Notes: generated by a model not told the origin, from the letters alone. DNA of 64,000 bases from Eledone cirrhosa (GCA_964016885.1 OZ024757.1:14818001-14882000); one strand, 5' to 3'; numbered from the stretch's first letter, positions 27,298 to 42,023 are shown. Program-made: numbers and translations.

Positions 27298-27520
27298 GCA
27301 CGTGGCCTAGTGGTAAGGGTGTTGGACTTACAATCATAACATCGTGGGTTCGATTCCTGGGTTGCATGTTGGGTTCTTGAGCAAAACACTTCATTTCACG
27401 TTGCTCCAGTAAACTAAGCTGAAAATGAGTACCAGCAATAGATGGGAGGTTTAACCCTGCGATGGACTGGCGCCCTGTCCAGGGTGGAGTCTTGTACTCT
27501 CAGTCGCTTCACGCCATAAT
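27297..27520 (+). mobile_element. tRNA-headed SINE with conserved central domain
   Basis: A box TGGCCTAGTGG, B box GGTTCGATTCC, then TTCTTGAGCAAAACACTT...AATGAGTACC...CCCTGCGATGGACTGGCG; related heads on the minus strand at ~36845-36915 and 52815-52923. Confidence 0.85.
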
Positions 27521-27721
27521 GCATGGAAAATCTAAGTCGTCTAACTACAGATGTACAACGTCAAACCACTCTAGCACATTACTATAAAAAGTTATTTAAA
27601 AAATAAATAGATGATAAATAGAAAAAGAGAAATGGGGAATACATATCCATACATTATATATATATATATATATATATAGGGGTGGGGGATATTATTATAT
27701 TGCCAGAAATAATAAAACTCA

Positions 27722-28363
27722 CTTTTCACTTCCATATATTTTATACCTATCCCTATAGTTAATTTAACTAGCAATCAATGTTTTATTGATTGACCAAGAG
27801 TTTATATATATATATATATATATAGTCCCCCAGAGTTCTTTCGTTATACACCTGTGACATCAGTGATACTATTGTTTCTTCCTGTTGTGTTGTAATGATG
27901 GTACAACAACTAATCAAAGGCCCTAAGAAAGATTAAAGTGGTAGAAAAGCCAGGATCTACTATAAAATCCATGATCAGTAAACCTTAACCCTTTAAGAAA
28001 ACCCAAATTAGGGAAGCAACTGAAATAGAACCAAGAAAACCGAAGTAGAACAGAAAACCTGAATGGAACAACAACAACCATACAAATACACTCTAATGAC
28101 CAAAGATAGAATACAAACACGAACACATACCAAACAGAAAACGCGCATAGAAACACATTCGGAAATCGAGACAAATAAATAAACAATTGAATAAGTAAAC
28201 ATTACAATACAACGGGAGGAAACAATAATATCACTGATGATGTCACAGGTGTCTCATGAAAGAACTCAGACTATATATATATATAAACAGTTGGTCAATC
28301 AATGATAAACATTGATTGCCAGCTAAATTAACTATTGGGATGTAGAATATACGGAAGCGAAAA
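27722..28363. mobile_element. Element with ~170-bp imperfect inverted termini carrying degenerate hammerhead-like cores (probably Penelope-derived)
   Basis: 27722-27897 is the reverse complement of 28200-28363; the right arm reads CTGATGA-TGTCACAGGTGTCTCAT-GAAA-GAAC-TC. Confidence 0.65.
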
Positions 28364-29587
28364 CCAATCCAACCCAAACTGTTTTATTATATATTTCTGG
28401 CAATATTATAACAATATGACCCTCCCCAAATATAATTTGTTTCGACATACCATTTCATATAAAAAATACGTTGCAAACAAATTAGTTCGGATCTAGCTGT
28501 CAAAAAGCTGGAGCTCAGCCGTCGGGATCCTGACTTTTCCTTATATACATATATACACACACAGCAACGTGTGTTTATAGTAGTGGGGAAATATACAAAT
28601 AACACACACACTGTCGTTGTGCGTGCTACCTGCTTCTGTGTTTTTTTGTTTTTTTTCCCTTTCCCTTTCCTTTATATTATATTATATTTGTTTGTGCTTT
28701 CGTTCTGTAAATATTCTATTATATTTCTTTTTATAAGAAATATAATACAATTTTAAGGGCAGTAGATTGGCAGTATCAGTATAGAGTCGGACACCATGCT
28801 TTGCAGCATAGAGTCACGGCCCTTTACGCTCTAAGCATTGAGCACACCTCGCTTCGGCTGTTGGCGTCTAGTATACTGTATCACACTTTTTTGTCTCTCC
28901 TCTTTTCTTATGATACATATCTTCTCTTTAATATATATATATATATATATATGCACACATACATGCATAAACACTTCTATGCAAATACTCATACATATAT
29001 ATTAAAAACACACATCATATACCAGCATAATAACGATTGACAAACCATCAGGACATGCTTGCTCGTGTGAAAACCGAACTTGCTACGCTACGTACACTGA
29101 CGGAAACATATGTACATAAACACACAAACAGAACTGGTATGACTTACATCAAAGATTTTGTTCCACTATTGAACCATTCAAGGTAGTTAGAACGAACTAC
29201 CAGTGTAGTACTGGGGTCAATTCTTCTTCTATATCTCTTTCTTAATTCCTTTCTCTCACTCTATATCCGTCTCTGGAAAACATAATCTATCTGGGGTAGA
29301 GATCCGATCTGTCACCTTATACAAAATGCCCCGAACACCCCGAATGTCAATGCGGGACCTCTACAACTCCCTCACAAGTTATAGGTCCCTACATACATAC
29401 ATAGAAACATCAGAGATATCCTTTATATCTTTCACTCGATAATGCTAGACAAGTATTCCGTGAGTCAGAAAGGAATATTTGCGATATGACGGGAGAACCT
29501 CTCTGAATAAATATTACATAATTCAGGGGCTACGTAAAGCAGGCAGCGACATCATCGAAGACCAGAGATGCCATGTGGAAATGGACA

Positions 29588-31226
29588 TAACACACATAGG
29601 GTTACCTTATAATCATAGACATTTGGGCTTATGAACACATATATATTTAAATATATACGGGTGCACAGGTGTACGGAGTTCTCATGTCGCCACTAATGAT
29701 TCCGCCAGATGTCCCGTCACACATCTCTACATCTTCCATGAAATGTTGATTAGTAAACAAACCGTGTATCTCGCATGTAAGAGGGAAAGCCATAGCAAGT
29801 GTTGAGGATAAGAGACGTGCGGAATTAATAATAATAATATTGTTTTAATTATTAATAGTAGTAGTTGTCACAATAAAGTGAGGAGGACAACGTTATTATA
29901 AATACTTATACTAATGTTGTTTGGAGGGCGGTGGATTGGCAGAGGGTCGGACGCCATTCTTTGACGCATAGAGTTACGGCCCTTGCCATTATGAGTTCAA
30001 ATCCCGCCGAGGTTAACTTTGCCTTTCATCCTTACAGGGTCGATAAAATAAAGTACCAGTAATGCACTAGGTAATTGCTGGCCTTGTGCCAAACGTAGAA
30101 ACCATTATTATAAATACTCATATACACACAAGCTTAAACAGGTATACATGCGTACGCTTATCTAGACACATACGTACATAAACGTTTATAAATAAAAGCC
30201 AAAGATAAGAAGAACATAGCTTACCATATCGAATTTGGAAGGATGCACACGACGTTGAGTGCTTCAATATGGTCCCATCATCATTTGCTGATACGATTAT
30301 TGCATACACAACACAAGTTTAAAGAGCTATCTGTTTAGAAACCATCAAGCCAGGCCACCATCTATACACTGAGGTATGACAATTGAAGGACATCACCGCA
30401 AATCAGGTGGTTGTAACATCAAATCAAACCTAAAGAGATAAAAATAAAAGTCATGATATATTTTCTGAAAACTACAGAATAGTAAAAGATATGTCGACAC
30501 TTTTGTTTGCGGTATTAATAAGACTGAGAAAGGTATGAACGCCACCACGTCAATTAAGCTTCGAAAATAGAAAGTAGGTTTATATATATATTAATTTTCA
30601 TTTTCTTCCCCAATTCTGTATTTTGAAGTCCTTTCATTATTTTAAATATTTCTATCATGTCACTCGTTTGATTAATCTCCTCCAAAGTTGTAATTCTAAG
30701 TGTTTGTCCCTGGTATAGTGAACTAATGTTGATATTTTCAAGTCTTGGCATTTATATGGAATAGTGTACTAATATTTAAATTGTCTTCATCTTTTTATCC
30801 TGTCTCCCCTAAGATTTATCTCCTCTAAATTTACAAAAGCTTCTCATTTCTTTCACAAGATAGATCTTTAAATAATTATATTGTTTTCTGTTTTCTTCTT
30901 CTCTGGGTTGCTTCAAGAGCCTCACCATTTGTTCGGATGTCGGTTGATCATGGCCCAAAACAATATTCTCAGTGGTATCACATATTCCTGTAGAGTTTTA
31001 GATTTTTCAGCATTTAGTTAGGAAAAAGAATGTTTTATTATTTCTATTATCCGTCTCGCTGTTTTACTTCTACATGGTTAGCCATCTTTCAATTCATATT
31101 CATACATATTCACAATTCTTCTGTGAGGGTATAAGCTCGTTATTTGCTCAACATTCGATACCAAAACATGCTTCCTATTCATAACTTCGTTGTACGAATA
31201 TAATAATTAAAGTATATATACAAGCC

Positions 31227-31260
<34 letters not shown>

Positions 31261-32142
31261 CTGCTTATTAACTCTTTCCCGAAACATATCTTCAAAATAA
31301 GCTAAGACATATCCCGAAATATATTATAAGGTGTCTCAATAATTATTCCATTTCAATCAATTTCTCATTTTAGTTTTCTTTAGAAATATCTTGGCATTGA
31401 AGATTTGTCCTTCTCATAGTAATTAGCTTGTCTCATAATTGTTCGTAGTGTTTCATGTTTCGTGTCAAAAATTATCGTTAATTCAAGATTTTGCTCTAAT
31501 GTAATAAATGTTACTTTTAAAAGAGTGAAGCTCTCAATTTTTTCTTTCTCTTGTATATTAATATCCAAAGAATGACAAATGTATGTGTTAGGAGAAAAAA
31601 CCCACAGCCAAAAAACCCATATCCAAACAATGACAAATGTATGTGTTATGCGGTAGGAGGAAAAAACAACGACCTTCTTCCGTCGCTCTAGAAGGCTAAC
31701 TGACAATATCGTTCGTAGGAGTGACAAGTACTCGACAACTGAGCACACCTCTTACTGCCTTTTATATACCATGTTAACTGGACAGACTTGCCAAGTATGG
31801 ATACCCTCTTACCTTATCAATATTGTCCGAGTCCGAGGACATTTTTCTCTCTGGTTAAGGAGTGAGATAAAATATTAGGGATCAATGTCTAGCAATAATT
31901 TAATTAAATTATATTTAACCAAAGCTGTTATGTCGTGTTTGTTGTTATATTTTATAGTCGTGGTTACAATGTTTATCAGTGGTTGTAGAATTAGTTTTAT
32001 CTAATTATTATCAAACAAAAATGATGTACATATTGTCGTTGTACGTTGAAATCACATATATACATTTATATACACACCAAGGATGGAGGGAAGACAGAAT
32101 TGAAAACCATTATTGCTGAGCACAACATTGCAGGATCAAATC

Positions 32143-32213
<71 letters not shown>

Positions 32214-32489
32214 ATAATCAGGTATGTCCATTTATGAACGCCACTGCAGATCATCAGGTCGTAGGATGAAATCAACCCTACAGAAATGATAAACCATATG
32301 AAGGTATATTTTATGAAAGCTCGTGAAGAATAAAAATGAAAGTGAACCATTTTGAATTGTTAATATCATTGGGAAAGCCATGAAGGCCACTACATCAATT
32401 TTTCTTTTAAATAGAAAGTAGGTTTATAAATATTAATTTTGATAGTATTTTTGTAGCAGTCTCAGTAGCCTATTGGTAGGTGTTGAGAC
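29588..32489 (+). repeat. Recent segmental duplication, copy B (includes SINE ~29907-30105, CR1 fossil ~30595-31150, TATA block 31760-31768)
   Basis: Near-identical to 1-2916. Confidence 0.95.
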
Positions 32490-32723
32490 AGTTGTGATGA
32501 TAGTCCGGTGTTCAATCTCAGTCAGGAATCACTTGGTAAATCAAATATTTTTTTTTTATTTTTCATAAAATAAAATAAAATAAAATAAAAAAGCTGTTCC
32601 AGGGAAGATTCTGACTGAGATTGATCCCCAGACCCGAACATCCACCACCCCGAGCAACTACCACTAGGCCACCGAGACGGCTACGACATCATATTGAAAA
32701 TTAATATTTATAAACCTACTTTT
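32415..32723. mobile_element. Fold-back element of convergent tRNA-like heads (paralogue of 2842-3133)
   Basis: Same AAAGTAGGTTTATAAATATTAATTTT inverted termini; extra head at ~32780-32898. Confidence 0.7.
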
Positions 32724-34197
32724 TAATCTTTTTTCATTTTAGAAGAGGTAAACTAAAAAAAAAAATAATATCCTTAGGTTAGAACCTGACAGAGATTGAA
32801 CCCTAGACAAGGATCTCCACCGTCTTTAATACCTACCATTAGGCCACAGTGACTTCCCACGCATTCGTAGTGAAAATTAATAATTATAAACCTACTTTGT
32901 TTGGAAGAAAACTCGATGTTGCGGCGCTCATGGCTTTGTCGGAGAATTCTTAAAGTAAATCTTGACTTTGTTTCTCATCGCTCTAGGTTTGATTTGAACC
33001 TACAACGACTCCGTCATTCCAGCTTAGTACATCGTACCCTTAAGTTGTTAAACGTGATTTCTATATATACATACGTGTAAGATTTGAAATGTATATTATA
33101 TTCATCAAATTTTAATTGAAAATTATGTTTTATAAAAGAGAGAAAAGAAACAATTTAATGAAATTAAGAAATTAATTTTATTCAGTAATATTATTTTTAC
33201 TTTGTGTATTCACTTCATTAACTGCGGAATAGTTATAATGTTTTTGTTTTTTTTCTTACCATTGTTTACTGTAAATATTGACTGCGACGAGACTGGATTG
33301 TGACCAAGTTTTACTGGATGATGGCATTTCCTTATTGTATTATTTTGTTGACAGTGCACATCGGGACATCTATCTAAATACCTGGGATAAACATAAGGTG
33401 TGTCTTTTACCTAACATTTCATTTTAATTTCTGATGTTCCAATGGATCACTTTTAAAATAAAACCAATAAACAACACTGGTAGACTCCATATAAGGAACC
33501 ACAGAGATGAGGTGCGAATAATCTAAAATTAATTTTAAAAAAAGACAATATTTCAAGAAAGACAAATATTAAAAAATGATTTCCAACAAACACATAAAGA
33601 CAAAGACAATCACATCCCCAATTTAATATCTGAAGATCAACATTTTTCACGATATAAATAAAACAAAATATGTAAAGTTAAGTGACCTCTAATTTATTTG
33701 CTTCTAACTTTATTTTACTAATCTGTATTCTGTAGACATATATTTTCGTTGGTGTACATTACGATTTTGGTGATGAAATTTTCTTTCGTCTTTAGATAAT
33801 TATTTCTTATAAAAGTTATAACATTCACCTCTTCCAATTAGATCTATATTTTAATTCTAGAATACTGTATTAACAATTATATTTTCATGTCCATATGATT
33901 AAGTATTAAGGTTGTTATGTGATATTTACAATACAGTCCATAGACAAGTGGAAGTGGGGAAGGGTTAATTATTTAAACACAGCTAACCCCACACCCTCTG
34001 TATTTCGCTTACCCCAAGGTTTCCCAACACGGGCGATTTCATATATACATACACACATATATATATTTACACATATATCTACAAGCCAATGATTATAGAG
34101 TCGGGTTAGATCGACACAGATCGAACCTTGTATTGATCAATAGCGAAACGGGCGTCACAACCAATAAACGTAGTGAAGGAGTAACCATTCGTTCTTG

Positions 34198-34256
<59 letters not shown>

Positions 34257-34459
34257 CTTCTACCTGGAGTTTCGACCGATAGATAGTATTAGCATTGGAA
34301 AGACAAATGGAAACACACATCGAAAGACAATAACGAACGAAACTGTATACAGTCGTATCTCTGAACACATATCTCTGAAAAATATAAACAAAATATACAT
34401 TAAGAAAGTGTCGTCCCAGGTTCAAATTCCCTACAGTGCAGTCCTCTAGGTTTGACTCA

Positions 34460-35290
34460 ACATCCATTATATTCTAAACTATCCATCCATCTTATATCAG
34501 TTATATTTATAACTTTAAAAGTATTTCCTTTGTTGTTTACTAAACGACTTGACAAAGTATTCCATTCACTAATTATGTCTTTCGAGTATTCCTTTTTAAA
34601 CACAATATATTTCATCGTCAGGAAAACTGTATTTCGAAGTTCATTTATCATTTTAAATATTTCTATCATGCCAAACGTTTAACTTAACTCCAATGAACTT
34701 GCAATTCTTAGGGTTTTATTTCTACATTGGAATAATCTACTAATACAGTGAAATTCCGTTATAACGAAAAATTCCTAATAACGAGATCGACCGAAACAAA
34801 TAGAGTGTTTGTTTGTTATTACCTCGGGGATTGTAAAAAAAAAATTCGTTCTAATCGTATTCGTTATAACGGAATGTTACCTGGATTTATATTTTCAAGA
34901 CTTTGCTTTTATCTAGAATAGTGTAGGCATATTCATAGATTTTATATATTTCTACCATACTACTTCTTAGCTTTATCTCCCCAAGAATAGCAATTCCTAG
35001 GTTTTACATCTTTCGAAACTAAGAGTTTTGGTGTTTCATGTTTCTCTGGATTCCTTCAATAGATTCTCTGTTATTTCGGAGGTCGGGTGACCAAACCACC
35101 AAACAATATTCGAAGTGGTATCGCACCATTTATTTAGCTAGGCAAAGGAGGTATATCTATCTGCTGTTTTCTTTAACACGCTTAACCACCATTAAATTTA
35201 AATGTATATATATATATTCCCAATTCTTGGGGGAGGGGAATAAAAGATATTTTAACTCCATAATTCGATATAAAAACCTGCTTGCGTTCT
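34460..35290 (-). pseudogene. Fossil CR1-group LINE 3' region interrupted by a MITE
   Basis: MIEIFKMINEL...ISEWNTLSSRLVN resembles CR1 C-terminal motifs; the minus strand near 35085-35125 reads like RYHFEYCLVVWSPDLR (RPHLEYC..WSP-like). Confidence 0.7.
34746..34883. mobile_element. pogo/Tigger-like MITE
   Basis: TA-CAGTGAAATTCCGTTATAACGAA ... TTCGTTATAACGGAATGTTACCTG; absent from the paralogous CR1 fossils. Confidence 0.75.
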
Positions 35291-37449
35291 ATATAGTGAA
35301 GGTAATTATAAACCTCATTTGGTCATTCCATGAGAGTATCTTTGTCAGCCTATGAAGGAGTGATGCTAGAGTTGTGAAATCTTACAAGCATTAATTGCAG
35401 CTCTTCATATTAATAACTACGTGTTTCTTTCCAGGGTCTATGTTGTATTATAAACCTCATGAGGTCATTCCATGAGAGTATCTTGATCAGACTATGAACT
35501 TTTCAGCAGACACTCACAATTATAGCTACATATTAACTCTTCCCTCAAAACAGTTTTTCTTTAAAATAAAGTGAGATTTATATTCCGAAAAATATGGTAA
35601 AGTATCTGTAATATTTCCAAATCAATAAATTTCTCATTTCGATTTTCAGTATATTGTATTATACCGTTGAAAATTTTAATTGTCCTTCTTCTGAAATAAA
35701 TCAGTTTGTCTCCAAATGATTCGTATTGTTGTTTCCTCCATTCGACGTATCCCGTCACAAACTCTGACGTTTCTACAACATTTCCAAACGTTAATACAAC
35801 ATTAGCTCTAATGAAATAGATGGGACTTTTTAAACACTGACATTTTCATTTCGCTTCTTTCTAATAGATATAAAAGTGTATGTGATAGGAGAGAAACATC
35901 ACGATCTTCTTTCGACGTTGTAGGAGGCTGTCAGAGTGTTTAGCAGGAGCGGTAACTACACGGCAACGGTGAACATCACGTGTTAAGTCACAAGAGACTG
36001 CTATTTATATACCGCGTTAACTGGGAATACGTACCAAACCAGGATGTCCCCTTCAATATCCTCAGAGCTTCATTCCTCCCAGTGTTATCCCAATGTTATT
36101 GCCACTAGAAAGGGTCGACCTTGTCTTTCCTCACTCTGCTGTTTTAGTAAAGTAAATCTGGATTTTGTTTATCACCGCCCTAGAGTTGATTTGAACCTAC
36201 ATTAACACCGTTGACAATACTGCTCGACAACCTCTAATCTGTCATACCTGTGTGTGTGTGTGTGTGTTAACGATTCCAGCCTAGTGCGACGTACTTATTT
36301 GTCAAACCTGATCCCTATATAAATAAATACTATATATAAGTGTACAATATTTGAACCTGTAATGTCATGTAACATCAACTAGATGGAACTATGTATATGT
36401 TTGTTTATTAAAATAATTAAAGTCATCTCTATATTCCTTACTAAAGATTGAACTCCTGACACCACCTTACAATCTCAACTATGAAGTATTAAAACTTCTA
36501 TTTATTATTTCTAACCTCACCTCTTTGTATTCTCGATGTAAATCCTGGCGAGATTAATTTTCAATTTTTATTTTTGGAGCAGATAAAACATAGTACCAGT
36601 CAAATAATTGGCTTCACTTAAATTTCTGCACTTTTGCCTGAATATATAATATGGTATTCCGTCAGTTACGACGGTGAGTGTTCCAGTTGACTCGATCAAT
36701 AGAACAGCCTGTTCGTGAAAGTGATTAAGCATTCTACAGAAATGTTTACCCTTACCGTAGTTCTCAGGGAGATTCAGTTTGAAACAGAGTGAGAAATGGC
36801 CGACCCTGCTACTTACACGTTTATGCCAGCTTTGATTGAACGATGGGAAATAAAGTGTCTTGCTCAAGATAACACGATTATGAACCGAATACCATAACTG
36901 TTAAACTACGCGCCTTTACACAGAGAGAAATTAACCAGAAATATATTTTGATAATGGGAAAGGCTTTTTTTATTCAACAAGTCTTTAAATATTTTTGCAA
37001 TGAAAAAAAGGAAGAAAAAAAAAAAAATTTACGAAATGAGTATTATTCAGAAGTTTTATTTTTGTATATTTTTACTGCATTAACTGCGGCGTATGTGTTT
37101 TGTTTGTTTTTTCTTAGTATTGTCTGTTAATGGCGACTGCGGTGAAATTTGAAAAAAGTCACTAGAACGTAAAGCCAATCATTGTCACAATTTAATGTCT
37201 GAACTTCAATATTTTCATGATGTAATTAAAATTTCATAACTTGAATTTATTGAACTCCGATTTGATTTCTCATAAATGTTTTAATAATGCATATTCTGCT
37301 TAGATATTTTCGATTTTGTTGACATTATCTGATGTCTTTAAGCCGAGGTTAACTTTGCCTTTCATGGATAAACTAAAGTACCAGTAATGCACTGGGGTAA
37401 TTGCTGGTCTTGTGCCAAAAGTAGAAACAATTATCTCTTATAATGGCGT

Positions 37450-38248
37450 GTTCCTCCTCTCATATTTACATTTTCTTCTGTAATACTGTATTGTCATTTA
37501 TATTTTCAAGTCCATCTTTTTAAATATTTCTTTCGTGTACTCTAGGCTTTTATTTCTAGTACATATCTTGAAGAATTCTTCCGTGTATTGATAAATGTTT
37601 CAGAAAAAATATTTTCTATTGTCTTCAGAGTATTTTGAAATATACGCAGTAAAATGGTGATCCCTCCTCACAATAATGTTTCCTTCTGGAATACTGTACT
37701 TTCAAGTGCTTTCATTATTTTAAATATATATATATATCTTCAGTTTGACTTATTTCCTCTATAATTAATTGTATTTCCTACAGTGTTTACATTAGAGTAG
37801 TGTACTAGTATTTATATTTTCAAGGCTTTACATTTATCTGGAATAATGTAAAATTTCATGGCTTCCCTTAGCTTTCACTAGTCTAGTGTTGGGATTTCTT
37901 AATTATTCTGGTTTTTATATTTTTTCTTGTCTGGATTCCTTCAATATCTTCTCTTCTTTCGGAAGTCGTGAGACAAGGCCCCCAAAACAATATTTTAAGT
38001 GGTATCTCTCATTTCACTTATCTCGAGTTTAAAGTTTACCTGACTTTACACAAGTTAAGAAATATTTTATTATTCCTATCATCTGACTTGCTGTGTTTTC
38101 TTTAACATAGTTAGCCACCTTTAAATTCAAATTCATACATATTCCCAATTCGTTGGGGGAGGGGTATAAGAGGCGCCTCTTTATTTTACAATTGTTTGCC
38201 GAAACTTTCTTGTATTTTGTACATTCGATGTACGAACATAATTAAAAC

Positions 38249-38283
<35 letters not shown>

Positions 38284-38301
38284 GCCATGAATAAATATAG
38301 C

Positions 38302-38332
<31 letters not shown>

Positions 38333-38780
38333 GCATATTAACTCCTCCCCGAAATATATTTTATATTTCTGTCATGGCTCCCCCCTTTTTTTTTTTAAAG
38401 TTACAATTCCTATGTTTTCCATCTTCACAAGACATTTCTTAATATTTCTGGTATTTTATTTTTTGTTCTTTAGTTTCCTTCAATAATTTCTGATTCCTTT
38501 CGGTGGTGTTTCACCTATTTATCTACAGTTATAACATGTTTCTCTAAATAAGGGAAGGTTTTATTATATCTATCGTCCAACTTGCTGTGTTCGTCTTTAA
38601 CATTCTTATCCACTTTAAAATTAAAGATTTACACATTTCCGTTTTTTGTTGGGTGGAGTGAATAATAGGGGCATTGTAACGTCAAAATATCGATGTGGAA
38701 ACCTGCTTGTATCTTAAACACTCAACATACCAATATGATAAATATATGTATGTTTACAAAAGCCATGTATAAGTATACCT
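37450..38780 (-). pseudogene. Degraded, internally duplicated CR1-group fossil of the tandem unit
   Basis: Blocks such as AAAACAATATTTTAAGTGGTATC and CTTGCTGTGTTTTCTTTAACATAGTTAGCCA align to 1365-1530; the latter block occurs twice (~38087, ~38581). Confidence 0.55.
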
Positions 38781-39895
38781 GTACATTAACTCTTATCCAA
38801 ACATTTGTTTTTCAAAATATGGTGAGACATATTCCGATAAATACTGCTACTTGTCTTTTTAAGTGTTTCTTTTCAATGAATTTTTCATTTCAGTTTTCAG
38901 CAGACAGTACTGGCGTTGAAGATGCAATAAATTGTCCTTATTATAATCACCAGCTTGTCTCAAATTCGTCTGTTTTGTTACTTCGTCCATTCCACGTTTA
39001 GTGTTACAAACTGACGTTTCTACACCAATTTTCTATCGTTAATTCTTGATTGTATTTTAATGTAATAAAATATTTCTTTTCAAATATTTACTTTCTTACG
39101 TGAATTCTTTCTCTTGTGTATTGTTAACTAATGAATAAAAATATATATGATTTGCGAGAGAGAAAAAATGACACGACCTTCCTTCCTCGCTGCAGGAGTC
39201 CAATTGGCAATGAACTGACCATAAGTGGCAAGTACTCGACAACAGTGAACATGACGTGTTTGGTGTTAAGGAACACACTACTATTTATATACTGTGGTAA
39301 ATGGAAAGCCGAGTCAAACCTTATCAACATTCTCAGAGACCCTTTTCTCCCTTATGAAGCAGTGAAATAAAGAATTGCAGGGGATTATTTTTAACAGGAG
39401 ACTGTTATGTTGTGGTTGTTGTTATAATATGTAGTTAGGGTTTCAATCTTTAGCTGGGATTGTAAAATTACTTTTATTAACTAAAAACAACATAAACAAA
39501 TATATAGCGTCCTTGTACGTTCAAACTGAAACGGCATTATTGCCAACACATCACTGTAAGATCAAATCTAACACACAAATACACACACACTCACATATAT
39601 ATATAGATTGAGGGATGACAGAACTGAAGAGGCATTATTGCCAATACATCACTGTAGGATCAAATCTAACACACACACACACACATGTATATATTTAGTA
39701 ATCAGGTATGACCAATGAAGCTCGTTAATGGAGATCATCTGGTTGTGGGATCAAATCAACCCTGGCTAAATGAGATATCAAATCAAGATTTATTTTATCA
39801 AAGCCTCAGAAGAATAAAAATCAACGTCAACCCTTTATAGTATTAATTCGACTGAGAAAGGCATGAACGCCACCACGCCAATTAAGCTTGGAAAT

Positions 39896-40181
39896 AGAAA
39901 GTAGATTTATAAATATTAATTTTCACCTTGTATTTGTATCCGTCTCGGTGGCCTATTGGTAGGTGTTAGAGATGACGACGATCTTGGTCTCGAGTTGAAT
40001 CTTGCCCAGGCACTACAAAGTATTTTTTTTTTTATTTCATAAGAAAAATGAAAAAATAGCGGATTCTGGTCGAGATTGAACACCTGACTAGGATCACCAT
40101 CGTCTCTAACACTTACCATTAAGCCACCGAGACAACTACACAAACAGACTCAAAATTAATATTTATAAACCTACTTTCTAT
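39896..40181. mobile_element. Fold-back element of convergent tRNA-like heads (third clear copy)
   Basis: AGAAAGTAGATTTATAAATATTAATTTT ... AAAATTAATATTTATAAACCTACTTTCT with internal GTCTCGGTGGC / GCCACCGAGAC symmetry; a solo arm at ~44753-44870. Confidence 0.75.
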
Positions 40182-40560
40182 TGCACCCCACCTTGAGAAT
40201 CCCTCATAAATAAATATATGTGAGTGTGTTGCTATGACTGCTATTTCTAGCAGGTTTACTGCAGTCCTGTAGACGCACACCAAAAACCGGAAGTGGCAGC
40301 CATTAAAAAACTTTGGCTTAAAATCAGGCAAAACTTTTTTAACAATAGAAAATTTAATGTAAACAAACCAGGGTGTTTTTGCCAAGAAAGATAACTCTTG
40401 TATTACTTAATCGCAAACGTCGAAACAAAAAATTTTGCGGGTGTGCAGTTTGTTTGGTAGTATTTGCTGGTATTTGACTGCTATTTATAGCATGTATGGA
40501 CGCTTTAGAAATAGCAGCGAAAAACGGAAAACAGAAGAAAGAAGGACACACTCCTATATA

Positions 40561-40607
<47 letters not shown>

Positions 40608-40800
40608 GTATATCTATCTATCTAAGGCGGGTAAAATTCCCGAGATCCATGGACGAGTTCTCTCCAACGGTCTCTGTCCCTCATTATCGCTGCCATATCC
40701 TGCATCTCCAACAGACCAGTGTCTGTCCTTAGGGCATCAACATATGTTAACCTTGATCTTCCTCTTCTAGTGTGTCCATGTAGGGGCTCATATATATATA

Positions 40801-40853
<53 letters not shown>

Positions 40854-40898
40854 GGATATGTGTCTGTTTGTTTATATGTATATATATATATATGTATA

Positions 40899-40933
<35 letters not shown>

Positions 40934-41057
40934 CCACCTATACACTCACCCATATCTACGTATAGGTGTGTGTGCGCGCGTGTATATATATATAAATATA
41001 TATATTTAAATGTATATATATCTGTGCATATATATATATATATATACAGATACATAA

Positions 41058-41092
<35 letters not shown>

Positions 41093-41452
41093 CGTGTGTG
41101 TCCTTCTTTCTGATGTTTCCCGTGTTTCGCTGCTATTTCTAGTGTCCATATATGCTAGAAATAGCAGTAAAATACACCAAACAAACTGCACACCCGCAAA
41201 ATGTTTGCCTCGATTTTTGTGATTAAGTAAGACAAGAGTTATCTTTCTTGGCAAAAACACCCTGGTTTGTTTACATTAAAATTTCTATTGTTTAAAAACT
41301 TTTGCCTGATTTTAAGCCAAAGTTTTTTAATGGCTGCTGCTTCCGGTTTTTGTTGTGCGTCTACAGGACAGCAGTAAACCTGCTAGAAATAGCAGTCATA
41401 ACAACTCACTCACATATATTTATTTGTGAGGGATTCTCAACGTGGGGGTGCA
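40182..41452. repeat. Inverted repeat with ~370-bp arms around a microsatellite-rich spacer
   Basis: 40182-40551 is the reverse complement of ~41097-41452 at high identity; a diverged single arm lies at ~3570-3810. Confidence 0.9.
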
Positions 41453-41740
41453 CGCCCCACGGGGACAATTTGAAAGTGATATAATACGACCCATCTCCCG
41501 GTTACACTTCGTTTACACATGTTATCGTGTATCTGGCAGCACCTGCGAGAAGTTTGTTTACATTTTGGGGTCTGCTTTGATCATCGCTGCATCGCAGCTT
41601 TCTTTAAATAAAGGGTTTCTACTTTATATTACAATAATAACACTTTTACAAGACTCGGATTGTTTTTATATTAAAGGGGGGCATAAACATATTTTAAATG
41701 TCGAGGTGGGGCATGGTGCAGAGAAGGTTTTAAACCACTG
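41428..41740. mobile_element. Degraded hAT (Charlie/MER5-like) MITE
   Basis: Ends AGGGATTCTCAACGTGGGG ... AAGGTTTTAAACCACTG resemble CAGTGGTTCTCAAC-type TIRs; a further terminus CAGTGGTTCCCAAA at ~45744. Confidence 0.5.
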
Positions 41741-41982
41741 ATATATATTTATTTATGCCCTTCTTTCTGTTGTTTTTTAAACTCTGAACTCAGCATTTTT
41801 CTGTTGTTCTCCGGGATTCTAGCAAAGTATAACAATATATATATATATATATGTAGATAAATCTACCAAGAGTTTACGGTAGTGTCCAATCCGTATGAAG
41901 AACTCAATGTAATCCGGATATCATGAAAAGAAGAGATACAATGAAAAATCACTTTCGGTGAAAGATAATATATTTGTAGTTG

Positions 41983-42023
41983 ATGTGTGTATATGTATGT
42001 ATATATGTGTGTGTGTGTATGTA

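Noticed and set aside
27297-27365. Possible tRNA gene (also the heads at 2886-2953 and 39942-40010)
   Set aside because: No complete cloverleaf or acceptor stem; the sequence continues into SINE or fold-back bodies.
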